Assembly: GCA_016748015.1 (NCBI GenBank)
Contig: JAAOMT010000436.1
Location: 2,003,511-2,067,510, forward strand
Source of the DNA: Geosiphon pyriformis uo1
Taxonomy: Eukaryota > Fungi > Glomeromycota
Direction of reading: 5' to 3'
Length of the DNA stretch: 64,000 nucleotides
Of the stretch, positions 48,920 to 62,172 are shown one piece after another. Both the position numbers and the translations under genes were made by a program. Position 1 is the first letter of the stretch, and each line of letters starts with the position of its first letter. The notes under the pieces are model-generated. The model was not told where the DNA came from. It saw only the letters and a program-made list of their open reading frames with translations, and made no database searches.

Positions 48920-51900
48920 TTTTTTTTTGTTTTTTAATACTATTTCTTTTTTTTTATTCATTTAATGAGTGAGGTCCAAACACTATCTAACACTATACAT
49001 CAAAAAAATGATCTAAATTAGGTGTGAATCATGTACTTTTTACATGTGACCAGCCACTCGGACCAGTCAGAACTACACTATATAGCTATATGAACTGAAA
49101 CTAAGTCACTTACACCTGAAAAAAACAAACAAGATTTACGAAATCCAAAATAAATACCAAAAGCCTCAGTGATGTTCAGCAATTTGACCACCCCAGCAGA
49201 AAACCTCAAAGCAAAACCAGAAACCAATGCAAGAGCCAAATCATCAAGTGAAATCAACCCATTTTTTTCTATGCAAACATGGTGCTTGGCATAAACCAAC
49301 CAAACATTCTTCTTAAAAGCAGCACCAAGAGAGTGCACAAACTTGACAATTTCTATACCAGCAACCTTGGAATTGCAGAAGATGGAAACAGCCTCACAAA
49401 ACCAACCATTAAAAATGAAACCCTTGAATAGAGCCATGGACACCAAAGAATCAGAAATACAAGACAACAACAGCTGCAATATACCCGAAGAAAGAAGAGA
49501 AAAACCAGAGAGCACTCTCCAAGAACCCATGTGAGAATCCAACAACTGATGCCAAGCAGATTCGTCCACCTTACAAAAGAACACATGATCTGACACCTCT
49601 ACATCACCACAATACAAACACAATACATTAGGATAGAGTCTATTATAAAGGTGCTTTCAGACAGCCACAGGCAGTTGATAATGCAAAGCCTTTATGAAAT
49701 AAGTGCACACATTAGCCAAGAATCTGCTAGTAAAACCAGCGGCCATGTGCAAATCAGGATGCTACACCAATGAAAAGTGGAGCCAATTAACCTCAGAAAT
49801 CAAATTACTTGGCAAAAACTTGGAAACTGAACCAATCTTTCAACATGCCCAACAAACAGAACAAAAGACATCACAAACAAAGTATCAAGAATTGCCAGAA
49901 ACAATACCACCATCAGCCATCAAAAAATGTTCACTCAGATGAGGAGAAAGAAACCGACCAGAAAGAAAAACATTATCAGCAATAGCATCAGCACGTTCAT
50001 TCCCTAAAATGCCAAAGTGACCCTTTACCTTGTGCCAACTAATCCTCAAATTCCTACCTAAATGACATTGACAATGTGCTGATGCTCAACCCAATACTGA
50101 TTACGAAAGTCAAGAAGAATCATATTCAACTCTGACCTACAAGCATCTAAAGCAGCCTGACTATCTGAATACAAGTGAACAGAACTAGACAAAGGAATGC
50201 ACTCCAAGGCCAATGCAATAGCTTGCAACTCAGCCAAAGTAGATGGCATCAGCCCCAACACACTGATGCCCAAGCCCAAACCAATGTTCTCAAAGAAAAC
50301 AGCAGCACCAGCTCTACAGTTCACTGTGCCCAAATCCTTCAGAGATCTATCCATATATACAGACAAACTACCAGCACCAACTTGAGAAAAACTCTTACAA
50401 ACAGACACAAAATCATCAGAATCAAAAATGTTTACTGGACCAATACCATTCGATATCACAGGGGAAGTAAGAAGAGAAGATGCATTGTTGAAAAATGCAG
50501 CAGAAAGCTTAAACCACTCAGAAACAGGGCCATGAGAATCCAATCTTTTCCAATGCTTAAAGGTGTACCAATCAAAAACAGCACCATAGCAGTCATAAAG
50601 TTGATCCACAAAGGCAATATCATACCACTGGAGAGAAGAGAGACACCTGAGAAACTTTAACTCGCCCAGAATGGCAGACATTGGAACTCCACTATAAAAA
50701 CAGAAAAAACTGGCCAGAAGACCATTCAAAGACAAATTGCAATCAAGAAGAATACAAATCATGCCTGCCAAAAAGTTATTAGAGACACTGACACAAATGC
50801 AGACAGGAGAATACAAAGGGTGAACAGAGCACTATCACAAAACTTGCAAATTATGGGACCTGTGAGAAAACAGATGACCCAAAATGCTACCAGAGTTTGC
50901 AAAACTGACAAGAGAAGCAATCTTGCTCTCAGATTGAACCTGAACAAAAGACTTCAAATCATAAAAAGAAAGATGGTGGATTGTATCACTAAGAAAATTG
51001 ATCGGCAAACCAGACTTGATCTTCAAACCTTTACAAACCAGAGCATCCTACTTGTTGCACATATTAACTAGAACAAAACTGAACTGCATCCTATAATTGA
51101 CTATTGGATGGAAAACTGCTGACACTAAATATAAGAACTGTTTATTCGAGACAGCCTTTCTTAGGACCAGATTGGTGAAAAAATGAACATCCGAATTAGC
51201 TTTAGCCAGACTAAGCTTTGAAAGACCCTCAGTTGAGAGAAAAATACCCAAATACTAATGAGATTCACCCTTTTTGGTAATAGAAATTGGCAAGCCACTG
51301 ATAGAAAAAGAAAGATTGCTGACCCTACTATTGATAGGAATGACCACTGTTTTGTTATTATTGATTGAAATATTGTTAATCCAAAAAAATTCACTAGCTA
51401 CATTGAGAATATGTTGAGTAGCACTTTGACTGCTACCAACCCAGATTGTGTTATCAACAAAAACACCAGCAGCAAAAAAAAAAAAGAGCCCAGCTTGAGA
51501 TTTGGCGTGACCACTTTTGAAAACAAAATAAGAAATCAATCTATACTCGCATACACTCTTCTGATGCTTGACTTCACACAATAGAGGATCATAAAATATA
51601 CACCACAGAAAAAGAAAAAAAACCTCCTCTTGGTCCAGGCCATTATGCACGCGATAGCCATCTGTCAAACTGAAATCTGTCATCATATGATTGGTGCAAT
51701 CCCCATGAATACTGCCAAAAAACCAAATAAATTTGCTGCACATCTTAATCCTGACTAAACTCTTTTTGAAATGCTCCTAGCCAACTGAATCGTATGCTTT
51801 TCGCATGTTCTGCAAAACCAACCAAAGCTCTCAGTTCTTTTTCAGAGCATCCTCAATAACTGAACCAATAACAAAAATGGGGGACTGAGTTGTTGTATCC

Positions 51901-52139
51901 TTCAAAACCAAAAAATTGTCTCCACAAAGAACATCAAAAGTGCTGCACACTGAAGAAATCCTATCAAAGAGAATCTTGGAAAAAATTTTATAAGCCATTT
52001 CAATCAAAGCAATAGGTTGAGTATTTGTCAGAACACCTTTCCACTCATATGGTTTGGGAATTATTAAGACTCAAGTCTTCTTCTAAGGGCTGGGCACTAA
52101 TTCACCAAACAGACAAGAATTTAAAAGCACCATAAGCAT
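48920..52139 (-). mobile_element. LINE copy 3, 3' part (RT, RNase H, CCHC, 3' UTR)
   Basis: AELQAIALAL, DSQAAL, WHKVKGHFGILGNERAD, CLYCGDVEVSDHVFFC. Confidence 0.92.
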
Positions 52140-52987
52140 TGTTACTCATAGAAATATAGGGAATATATATTAGCATAATTATTAACTAATTAGAAGTAGA
52201 CGTAGTAAAATGTGGAATTCCAGAATTCTTCTTAGAAATTGCAGAATTCCAGAAATTACAGGATTCTCACAAGGAATTGCAGAATTCCAGAATTGCAGGA
52301 TTCCTCTCAAAGAAATTGCAGGATTTCAGGAATCCCAGGATTCCTGTTGTAAAGAATTGAGAAATTGAGAAATCTCAATTATGTATATATAACAGTAGGA
52401 TTAGAAGCTAAAAAGACAGACCTTCCAGTTTAAATTTTATCTAGACAACCTTCTAAACACAATAAATAACTATTTGGTATTTCAAACCTAATTCCACTAT
52501 CAATACTTTATGTTGATAGTAATTGATACTTAAACACACTGGAACAATAGCTCTTGATCATGGCTATTGACAAGATATTAACTTGCAAAACCACTTTGGC
52601 TTATTCATTATTATTTTTTATTTCTTTTCTTTATTTTTATTTTGTGATTTTATTTTTGTGCACTAATTGGTTAAATAAAGTGCTAGATTATTGATGTTAA
52701 GAATTGCCTGGTAAAAGACTCCTGCAAAAGAGTAGGACATGTACAGAAGATACGGAATACTTACCAGAGAATTGCTGGCCATCATGCTGAGAGAAAAATT
52801 GACAAAATTGCAATTCTGGGAAGCTATGGATAAAACAACTATTGAATCTCTGTCTATTATACAAAAAACTCAAACCGAAACCTTCAGATACAAAACCTTC
52901 AGATTATTAACATCAACATAAATAACTTTTAGCACCAAGTTACAGGTTTGTTATTTGATTTGAGGCCCCAAGAAATCACTTGTAACA
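52140..52987 (+). repeat. 5' LTR of element B
   Basis: TGTTAC...GTAACA; TATA at ~52384, AATAAA at 52461; matches 61309-62172. Confidence 0.95.
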
Positions 52988-53006
52988 TTTAGTGCTCTCT
53001 GTGAAA
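52988..53006 (+). other. Primer binding site of element B
   Basis: TTTAGTGCTCTCTGTGA; with the element C copy gives consensus TGGTGCTCTCTGTGAGG. Confidence 0.8.
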
Positions 53007-53019
53007 TATAATCCTACAG

Positions 53020-56000
53020 AGAACCAGCACCAACAACCCCATCCAAAAGTGGCAAAATCAGAAAATGTTGGAGCAAACCATCTAGGATTCGTGAAATTCT
53101 TATTTCAACATTACTGTCAACATTTGGAATTAACCCATAATCACATATCAGCAGAATCAGCTTTCAATTTCTATGTCAATAAAAGGATTGCTTATCTGTT
53201 AGGAACATCTATAAATATTGAATCAGCAAGAGAAACTTTTTACAACAAATTAATTCAAAACACCAGTCTACCCACAAATCATAATTTTACATCTATCATC
53301 ACTGAGATCAACAAAGAAATTGAACACCACATACAGCAAAGATACCCAATTACTTATACAAGTAAAGGCAAAGGAAAACTACAAACACCAGCAGTAACAT
53401 CTCAAAGAATACAACTACCCACTTAGAAGAAAACTAGAGTTGAGTTCCCAAACAACCCATTCTATCACTATATCCCTAGAAGTGCCATCAATATATTATC
53501 AACAAACGCGTCCACATCAAATACAACATTAGCATTTGGATGTTTCCCATTCTAAAGTAAACAAAGGAAAGAGGATTTACTAGGACCATATGGCAAGTAT
53601 TTTAAAGGATTTAAATCTCGATCACCAACACCATCAGGATTTTGATCACCTCCATCTCAACCAAATTTTGGAATTGTGAGTCCTTGAAAAATTACTGAAT
53701 TGGAAAAAGAACAAGAAGTAAAAGCAGAAGAAGAATCTGAGGATCAAGAATTTACTTACCAAAACCCAATTCTAGAAAACCCAAAAATTGAAACTCCAAA
53801 CTTTCAAACCCAGCCAAATTTAGACAATCAGGAAAATGACACTCCGAATATTCAAACCCCACCGAATCAAAACAATCTAAACTCCGAAATAATTAATCAA
53901 TACTTATCTCCAGTTATTGTCATTGATCAACCACCCGTTAAACCAATTGGCCAGCCCATCCAACCACCAAACCAACAAAATCAACAACTGCCACCAGTAC
54001 CACCTTAACAACAACAACAACTTCTACCACCATAGCAACAACAAATAGCTTATGCACCCATCGTGAAACTCAACAAATTCAATGGTGAAGAAGACGATGC
54101 CCAAGTCTGATTAAATGACGTAGCCAAAGTTATTACAGCCAATAATTGGGATAATACTAGAGCAATGCAAGTGATCCCTTATTTTCTCCAGGATACTGCT
54201 GATGCATGGTATCAAAGCCTTACTGTCAAACCCCAAAATTTTAATGGATTCAAAACTGAATTCTTGCAGTACTTTAGCAACAATAATAGTATCAACAAAT
54301 TAGCCAACACCTTTACAACTATCAGACAAGGAGACACTGAAACAGTTACTACCTATTTGGAATGCTTCCATAGAAATCTATGCCAAATACAAGCCATCCA
54401 AGCCAACTATTTTACAGCACCACAGATTTTAAATCAATTTATTAGAAGATTGTGCAGTAGCATTCTACAACGAATATGTCCAATGCATTCAGTGGACCTT
54501 TCAACTACAGTCACTTATGCCAGGGATTTTGAAGCAGCTGAACTAAAAGCTAATCATGCTCAAGCTGTAAATCTAGCAATGAATGGATCATCTAAATTGA
54601 ATTCCAAATTGAAGCAATTCAGTGATTCAATTAATCAGAAATTAGAGGGATACTTAGCTGATAATCACATGATTTATTAATCTCCTCAATGGCATAACAA
54701 TCAGGAAAATGTGAATTGTTTCCAAAATTAGTCATGTCCATCATTGTCATCCAATCAGTTGTGGCAGCCAGAGACATGCATCTGCCACAACTGTGGTAAA
54801 CAAGAGCACATCAAAGCCAACTGCCATACTTATAGCAATCCATGATTGGGAAATCAATATAGAAACCCTAATTGCTGGTTCTAGACTCCGAACCATTAAC
54901 TGAATCAAGACCAATACCAACCTATTTACCTGTTTATAATGCACCAACCAATTTATCAACCACCAGTTTATCAACTACAGCCACAAACAATTTATCAGAT
55001 GCAGCCACAAGTAATATATCGACCACAGCCACCAGCAATCTATCAAACACCCATCATTCAAATACCACCAACAAACCCAGCTTAAACAACATCAGGGAAC
55101 CCAAGATCGAGGATTATCCAAAACTGGAGATCGGCAATGGTTGTACATTAACTGATCCCCAGCTCTTCCCACCAACAATCAGGATCTTGTCAGCAAAATT
55201 TGGGCACCGGTCCCACCCAAAACCTGAATTTTCAACACTATTTAAGCCTCCTGGTGACTCCAGAAGACACCACATCCAGCAATCAAGGAATTGAACAACA
55301 ACCACCTACTAATAATATCCCACCTGCTACAATCACTGAAAATGAATCTTTGAATGCCATCTTTCTATTCGAATTCGAGGAACCATCAGATACACCATTA
55401 TTCAGTGGAGCAGCACTTGAAGAGAAACCAATTACGGCCATATACACTGATGACAAGATCAATGGCCACTCCATCAAATTAATTCTTGACAGTGGTTCAG
55501 CAGGCAGCATCATCACACAACAACTCATGGATCAATTAGGTTGCCGAGTTAATCGCACTGCCAACACCAGAATTATCACCACAGATGAAGTCATCAAAAC
55601 CCCAATTGGTGAAATTGATGACTTCCCAATTAAAATCAATGGCATCGTAGTACTCATCAAAGTTCTGGTGATAGAAGTCACCCAATACTAAGCTTTAGTT
55701 GGTAATGACTGGCTATTCAAAACCAATGCTATGCTTGATTGGATGACTCAAGAACTAGTACTCAGCCAGAATGGTTGACACACACAAGTACCAGCAATGT
55801 GTAGTCACTTCAAAGCTACCAATACCACAGCACCATTAATTGACTTCGAAGAAGAAAAACCAAAACCTATCTGGGAAGCATATCAAGTCTTATGGGCCAA
55901 TGAAAAACACAACAAGCTGCTGCCAATACTCTCATGGGATGACAATGGCAAAAGAAAACAGAAGAAAACAGAACTTACCTGGAATGCCAACCAAGTCTAA

Positions 56001-59000
56001 GATACCAACCATGACTTAGAAGAATTACCAAGTTGAGAATAGGATAAGAGGGAAAAAGAAAAAGGAAGAGGAGCCACTACCAACTGCCAGTTATACTCCT
56101 TATACAGATACACCACCACAATTAACAAGCTATTGCCAACCAAAGCTCATATGTGTTGATTGCGGCAAGAAATTGTTATCAATAGGTACATGCTGTGGTG
56201 ATGACGAGGAATACCAGACAGCAACTAAGTTCTATTGCTGTGCATGCCTCATCAAATGCTTTGGAAGACCAAAACAAGTGGGAAAATGGGATAATACACC
56301 ATGTTTAGCTTGTGGGGAAACTCTCTTCAACGAAGAAATGTGGAATGACATTCCTGGGAGAGAGGGAACGTGCAATGAAACCTGCCAGTATATGATCCTA
56401 ATCAATGACTGGGTACACAAGGAAACACCAATCAATGATGTCTGGAAATGAGCATTACGACAATTGGAAGGATATCCACATGACAAACATGAACTCTGGA
56501 GAATGGTGAGTGCAAAGGCAGAAGGTGTGACAACCAGTGAATTACTAGAAATCAAAAACAACCCCCTAGCTCTGCCTGAACCTGAATATGTCCTAACATT
56601 CAATGTATTTGGCAACATTGAGGATGATTGGAAGAATTTTATAAGCACTATTAATGGTTGGTATCTACTCGAAAAGAACAAAAACAACAGTTGAAAGAAA
56701 TAAACACTTGACTATGTGACCACTGTTTGATTCCATGTGACTTCCAATATTGTAATGAGTGTGACCTCATTTACAATCCACCACCACATATGATCTACAC
56801 AATCCAAAAAAAAGAGGAACCAATCAGCAGCTGTGCATCAAAATTGGAATCGATTTTTAATCCCAATTCAAACTCTGACAATGACGACAACAAAAACACT
56901 GGTTCCAGCTCCATCCAATATGGCAAGAACAATGACAATGATTCCAACTCAGATTTAAACCCCAATTCAAACTATAAACAATATATTGCACTTCTTGACC
57001 TTACCAAGGAACAGGAACCACATTCATGTATCTGCATTGATTTGAAAATAACACTGGAAATTCCAGCAACAATAATGGTTCAATTAGCATCTAGGAGTAA
57101 TCTAGCGAAAAGAAGGATAAATATAAGAGGAGGAATAATTGACATGAGATATGTAGGAAATGTCATCATCATGCTACAAAATGACTCAGAAAAAGCCTAT
57201 ATTATAGAGCCAAATGAAAAGATAACACAGGCAATATTCCTGCTTCTGGTTAAAGTAGCTCAATTAGTGTCAATGAGAAACAAAAAAAAATTAGGGATAA
57301 CAGCAAGAGAGATACAGAGATTTGGATCCACAGGTAAAATAGATATACCAGTCAATATGGCAGAGGAAAAAATTGTTGGCCAAGGAGAAATTGTTTCAAC
57401 TGGTCAAGCAATTTCCATTCCACCATATAACCAGTATATGTTGGCAATAGAGAGAAGAGTAAAGGATCAAGCACAAATTTTTGAAGCAGAAGCAACTCTT
57501 TGTGAATCAGGAGAGGTTGGACTTATCAATTTCTATATACCAGCCAAGAGTCACAACCATATCAAAATTCCCATCTACAATACAACAGGAGATGTTATCA
57601 CAATACCAGAAGGAACTATCATTGGATACTTGAGCACGGAACTAGAAGATCAACCACCAAGCAGCATTCCAGATTTTCCACAGCTTTGTGGATATGTAGA
57701 TATTACATCACAAACCATCTACAGATGAAACAAATGTTATTTGTTACAGCCAAAACAATTGGAACAGATGAACATAGGAAATCTAAACCCACTTCAACAG
57801 ATGCAACTAAAGATGTTACTCAATAATTTCAATGACATCTTCACCAGTAAAAACAAATTTGGCAGAACTGATATTATCTAGCATCAGATCAAAACTGGAG
57901 ATACAATGCCAATCAAACAGTAAGCATATAGGATACTACCAGCCAGTCATGAAATCATCCATCAAGAGATCAACTGAATGCTTGACAACAGGTTAATTCA
58001 GCCATCAATGAGCCCATAGTCATTACCAGTAGTACTTGTCTGTAAGAAAAATGGAAAAATCCGATTTTGTGTAGACTACAAGAAATTCAATGGTGTAATT
58101 CATAAAGACAGTTATCCAACTTCACAGATACAAAAACTATTTGATGCTTTCAGTGGAAACAAATGGTTCTTAATGTTAAACTTGGATAGTGGTTACTGGC
58201 AAGTAGCCATGGATTCAGCTGACAAAAAAAAAATAGTGTTCACCACAAGAGAGGGAAACTTTGAGTTTGAAGTTATGCCATTCAACTTAACCAATGCTCC
58301 AGCTACATTCCAACAGCTAATAGAAATTGTGTATACCAGCTTATTGTGAAAATCAGTAGTTATATACTTGAATGACACCAATGTGTTCTCAAAAACATTC
58401 AATAATTATTTATGTCATCTCCAACAAGTGTTTGAAAAACTACGATAAGCAGGATTAAAATTGAATACAACAAAGTGTTTTTTTGGCAAAACAGAACTAA
58501 AATTCTTAGAACACATAGTTAGCAAAGACGGCATAAAAACAGATCCGGAGAAAATAGAGATAGTAAAGAACTTCCCAATACCAATCAACATAACCAAGCT
58601 AAAATCATTCTTGAAATTCATGAGCTATTATAGACGCTTCATAAAGAACTTTTTAAAAATAGCACAACCACTCAATAATTTTCAAACCAAAAATGCAAAG
58701 TATAAATGCACTGAAACCCAGCAAAAAGCATTTGACATCTTAAGAAGAAAGCTTATTTAAGCTCTAGTATTGATCTATCCAGATCATAGTAAATCATTCA
58801 TTATCACTACTAATGCATCAGATCAAGCATTGGGAGCAGTACTATTTCAGAGAAAATTGGATGGAAGAAAACATCCAGTTGCATATGCCAGCCGAGATTT
58901 GACTCCAGCCGAAAAGAACTATGGAACACCAGAATTAGAACATCTAGCAATCTATTGGGCAGTTATGAAATGGAAAAAATACTTGAGCCAAAAGTTTGAG

Positions 59001-59168
59001 GTGTACACAGATTACAAAGGATTGACATCACTCCAAAAACAAGAATTTAGAAACAGAAGACAGTCAAGATAAAAAATGGCTCTTTTGACATATATTTATA
59101 CCATACATTATAAAAAGAGAAAAAACAACGGAAATGCTGACAGTTTGTTGCAAATGAGACAAATCTAA
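53020..59168 (+). pseudogene. gag-PR-Cys-rich domain-dUTPase-RT-RNase H polyprotein of element B
   Basis: Mostly one frame; CHNCGKQEHIKANC, LILDSGSAGS, GGIIDMRYVG, LDSGYWQV, MPFNLTNAP, YLNDT, TNASD, ELEHLA. Confidence 0.9.
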
Positions 59169-59229
59169 GAACATTTCAACCCAAAAATATAACAAAACCA
59201 AAACAAAACTCACGAAAATATAACAAAAG

Positions 59230-60610
59230 ATGAACACACAAAAATATCAACAACTTCAACATTATATAGATACTCAACAGTTCAAGAAGAAATTATCTGA
59301 ACCAGAACAAAAGAAGATCAAATAACAATCCAAATATTTTATCACTTACCAAAATATATTTTATCAGAAAAATAGAAAAGATGCAGATCAACCAACCAGA
59401 GTAATTACAGAATTAGAAAAAGAGACAATACTGTTCAACATGTACTCAGATTCAACTGCAGGACATTTTCATAAAGAAACAACCATAGAAAGAACCAGAA
59501 AGAGATACTATTGGCTATTAATGTATCCAGACATTATCCAATATGTGCAAAATTGTGATGCTTGTCAAAAAAGAGAAAGAACAAGACCCAATGAACCATT
59601 AAGACCAATCAAAGTGGGACAATCATTTGACCATATTGGAATTGATTTAGTCAGACCATTGACAATTACCAGCAGAGGTAACAGATATATCACAGTAGCC
59701 ATGGACTATCTTATTAAATAGCCAGAAGCCAAAGCAATTCAAAAGCAGATGCAGAATCCATTGTTAAATTTGTTTATCAAGATTTGATTTGTCGACATAG
59801 ATGTTCAAAAGAACTATTATTAGACCAAGGAACCCATTTTGTAAATAGAACATTAGCAGAACTAAGCCAAAGATTCGGAATTAAGAGACCATTATCATCA
59901 CTATACCATCCACAAACCAATGGATTAGTTGAAAGATTTAATAGAACATTGTATAAAGCAATAGCAAAATTCAGTCAAGAAAACCAGGATGAATGGGATT
60001 TGTTCATACCATTAGTATTATTTGCTTATCAGACAATGAAGCAAGACACCATACAAGCAACACTATTTGAATTGGTATACGGTAAAACAGCAATATTACC
60101 AGTGGAAATAAAGGTTAACACATATCCAACTAAACCAATAACAGAAAAAAATTTCCAGGAAACATTGTTAAGAAGAACATATGACTTAATAGAAACATTG
60201 GAAAGCAAATGAAGAAAAGCAGCTGACAACATTCAAAAGTCACAAGAGAAACAGAAAGAAAAACACAATAGTCAACTACCAGACAAACCAGTTAAATTCA
60301 AGATTGGAGACAAAATACTCTTACATCATACCAAAGCGGAAAAACAATGGAGTGGAAAATTTGATCCCAAATGGGATGGACCATTTCACATAGAAGAAAT
60401 TCTAGGAAATGGAGCTTACAAATTAAGACTAAACAACAAAATCTTAACCAAAGCAGCACATGAAGATCAACTGAAACCATACCACAACATCACACCACCA
60501 TCCACCAGTAATATTCCACAATTGGGAGTACAGAAGATACTAGTCCAACCAAATGAAATTCCACGAAATTTGGAACCAATCATTATCATTGACAACAACA
60601 TGTTAAATTA
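59230..60610 (+). pseudogene. Integrase of element B (separate ORF, no chromodomain)
   Basis: GHF..CDACQ, IGIDLV, DQGTHF, YHPQTNGLVERFN, WDGPF. Confidence 0.9.
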
Positions 60611-60665
60611 ATTCATCAAAAGAATATATAAAGACATAGTAGACACAACAAAAAATATCAGAAAA

Positions 60666-61295
60666 ATGGAAATTACAGACAACATCTACTCACTAGCACA
60701 ACAACTCTTTCAATTGATTCAACACCAAGAGATGGAAATTACAATTAATCAACAAACCATCTGATATCAAGACACTAGAAAGACATCGCCACATAAAACA
60801 CAGAAGAAAACAGAAAATACCATTGACAAAATCATTGTAAAAGTAAAATTAGCAATAAAAGAGTCAACAAAAGAGTTACCATATTAAGAGTTAACTAAAG
60901 AAACTTGGAATTGATGGATACAACAATTTCCAAGAAACTATTGTTATTTTTACTTGGGACAACATGTAAATATCCAGAATTTATATACAGATAAGACAAA
61001 GTAATTATTTGACACAAAAATACTACAACAATTAGAACATTTTGTGGGAAAGAATAACTTATCCACATAGGCCCAAATCATATACCAAATACACACAGCA
61101 TTTTAGGATCAACCAGAAATCTTACTCAACAAAGCAATGAATACAGTTACCAGTAATCAATTAGAAAAGATCACCAATGCTCAATTTGAAGAATTACAGA
61201 CTCAAATAACACAAGTAATTTTTGAAAATGAAATTCAGGAAATACTTTAAGAAGAGAAATTAACAGAGTTAGATTTTGACGGAGCTCAATATTAA
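60666..61295 (+). pseudogene. Extra 3' ORF (ORF3) of element B, 210 codons, unknown function
   Basis: Single frame from ATG to TAA; every internal stop is revertible by one transition; homologous to ORF3 of element A. Confidence 0.75.
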
Positions 61296-61308
61296 AAGGA
61301 GGAAATAA
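61294..61308 (+). other. Polypurine tract of element B
   Basis: AAAAGGAGGAAATAA immediately before the 3' LTR. Confidence 0.85.
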
Positions 61309-62172
61309 TGTTACTCATAGAAATATAGAGAATATATATTAGCATAGTTATTAACTAATCAGAAGTAGACATAGTAAAATGTAGAATTCCAGGATTCCTC
61401 TCAGAAATTGCAGGATTCCAGAAATTACAGGATTCTTATAAGGAATCACAAGATTCCAGAATTCCAGAATTCCAGAATTCCTCTCAAAGAAATTGCAGAA
61501 TTTCAGGAATCTCAGGATTTCTGTTGTGAAGAATTGAAGAATTGAGAAATTGAGAAATCTTAATTATGTATATATAGCAGTAAGATTAGAAGCTAAAAAA
61601 ACAAACCTCCCAGTTTAGATTTCATCTAGACAACCTTTCAAACACAATAAATAACTATTTGATATTTCAAACCTAATTCTACTATCAACATGAAGTGTTG
61701 ATAGTAATTGATACTTAAACACACTGGAACAATAACTCTTGATCATGGCTATTGACAGGATATTAACTTGCAAAACCACCTTGGCTTATTCATTATTTTC
61801 TTTTATTTCTTTTCTTTATTTTTATTTTGTGATTTTATTGTTGTGCACTAATTGGTTGAATAAAGCACTAGATTACTGATGTCAAAAATTGCCTGGTAAA
61901 AGACCCCTGTGAGAGGATAGGACACATACAGAAGATACAGAATACTTACCAGAGAATTGCTGGCCATCACGCTAAGAGAAAAATTGACAGAATTGCGATT
62001 CTGGGAAGCTACAGATAAAACAACTATTGAATCTCTATCCATTATACAAAAAACTCAAACTAAAACCTTCAGATATAAAACCTTCAGATTATTAACATTA
62101 ACGCAAATAACTTTTAGCACCAAGTTACGGGTTTGTTATTTGATTTGAGACTCCAAGAAATAACTCGTAACA
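61309..62172 (+). repeat. 3' LTR of element B
   Basis: Matches 52140-52987. Confidence 0.95.

Larger units (their letters stand above)
52140..62172 (+). mobile_element. Ty3/Gypsy LTR retrotransposon B, full length, decayed, inserted in LINE copy 3
   Basis: Two LTRs, GCAT TSD (52136-52139 and 62173-62176), PBS, PPT, gag-PR-RT-RH-IN. Confidence 0.95.

Noticed and set aside
49343-51071. Plus-strand ORFs over LINEs and other antisense ORFs in the track
   Set aside because: Shadows of decayed TE or host frames with no independent motifs
54872-55294. Ser/Thr-rich ORF as an independent gene
   Set aside because: Alternative frame of the Q/P/Y-rich gag linker
60666-61295. env gene or chromodomain
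   Set aside because: No signal peptide, TM helix, furin site or chromodomain aromatic pattern
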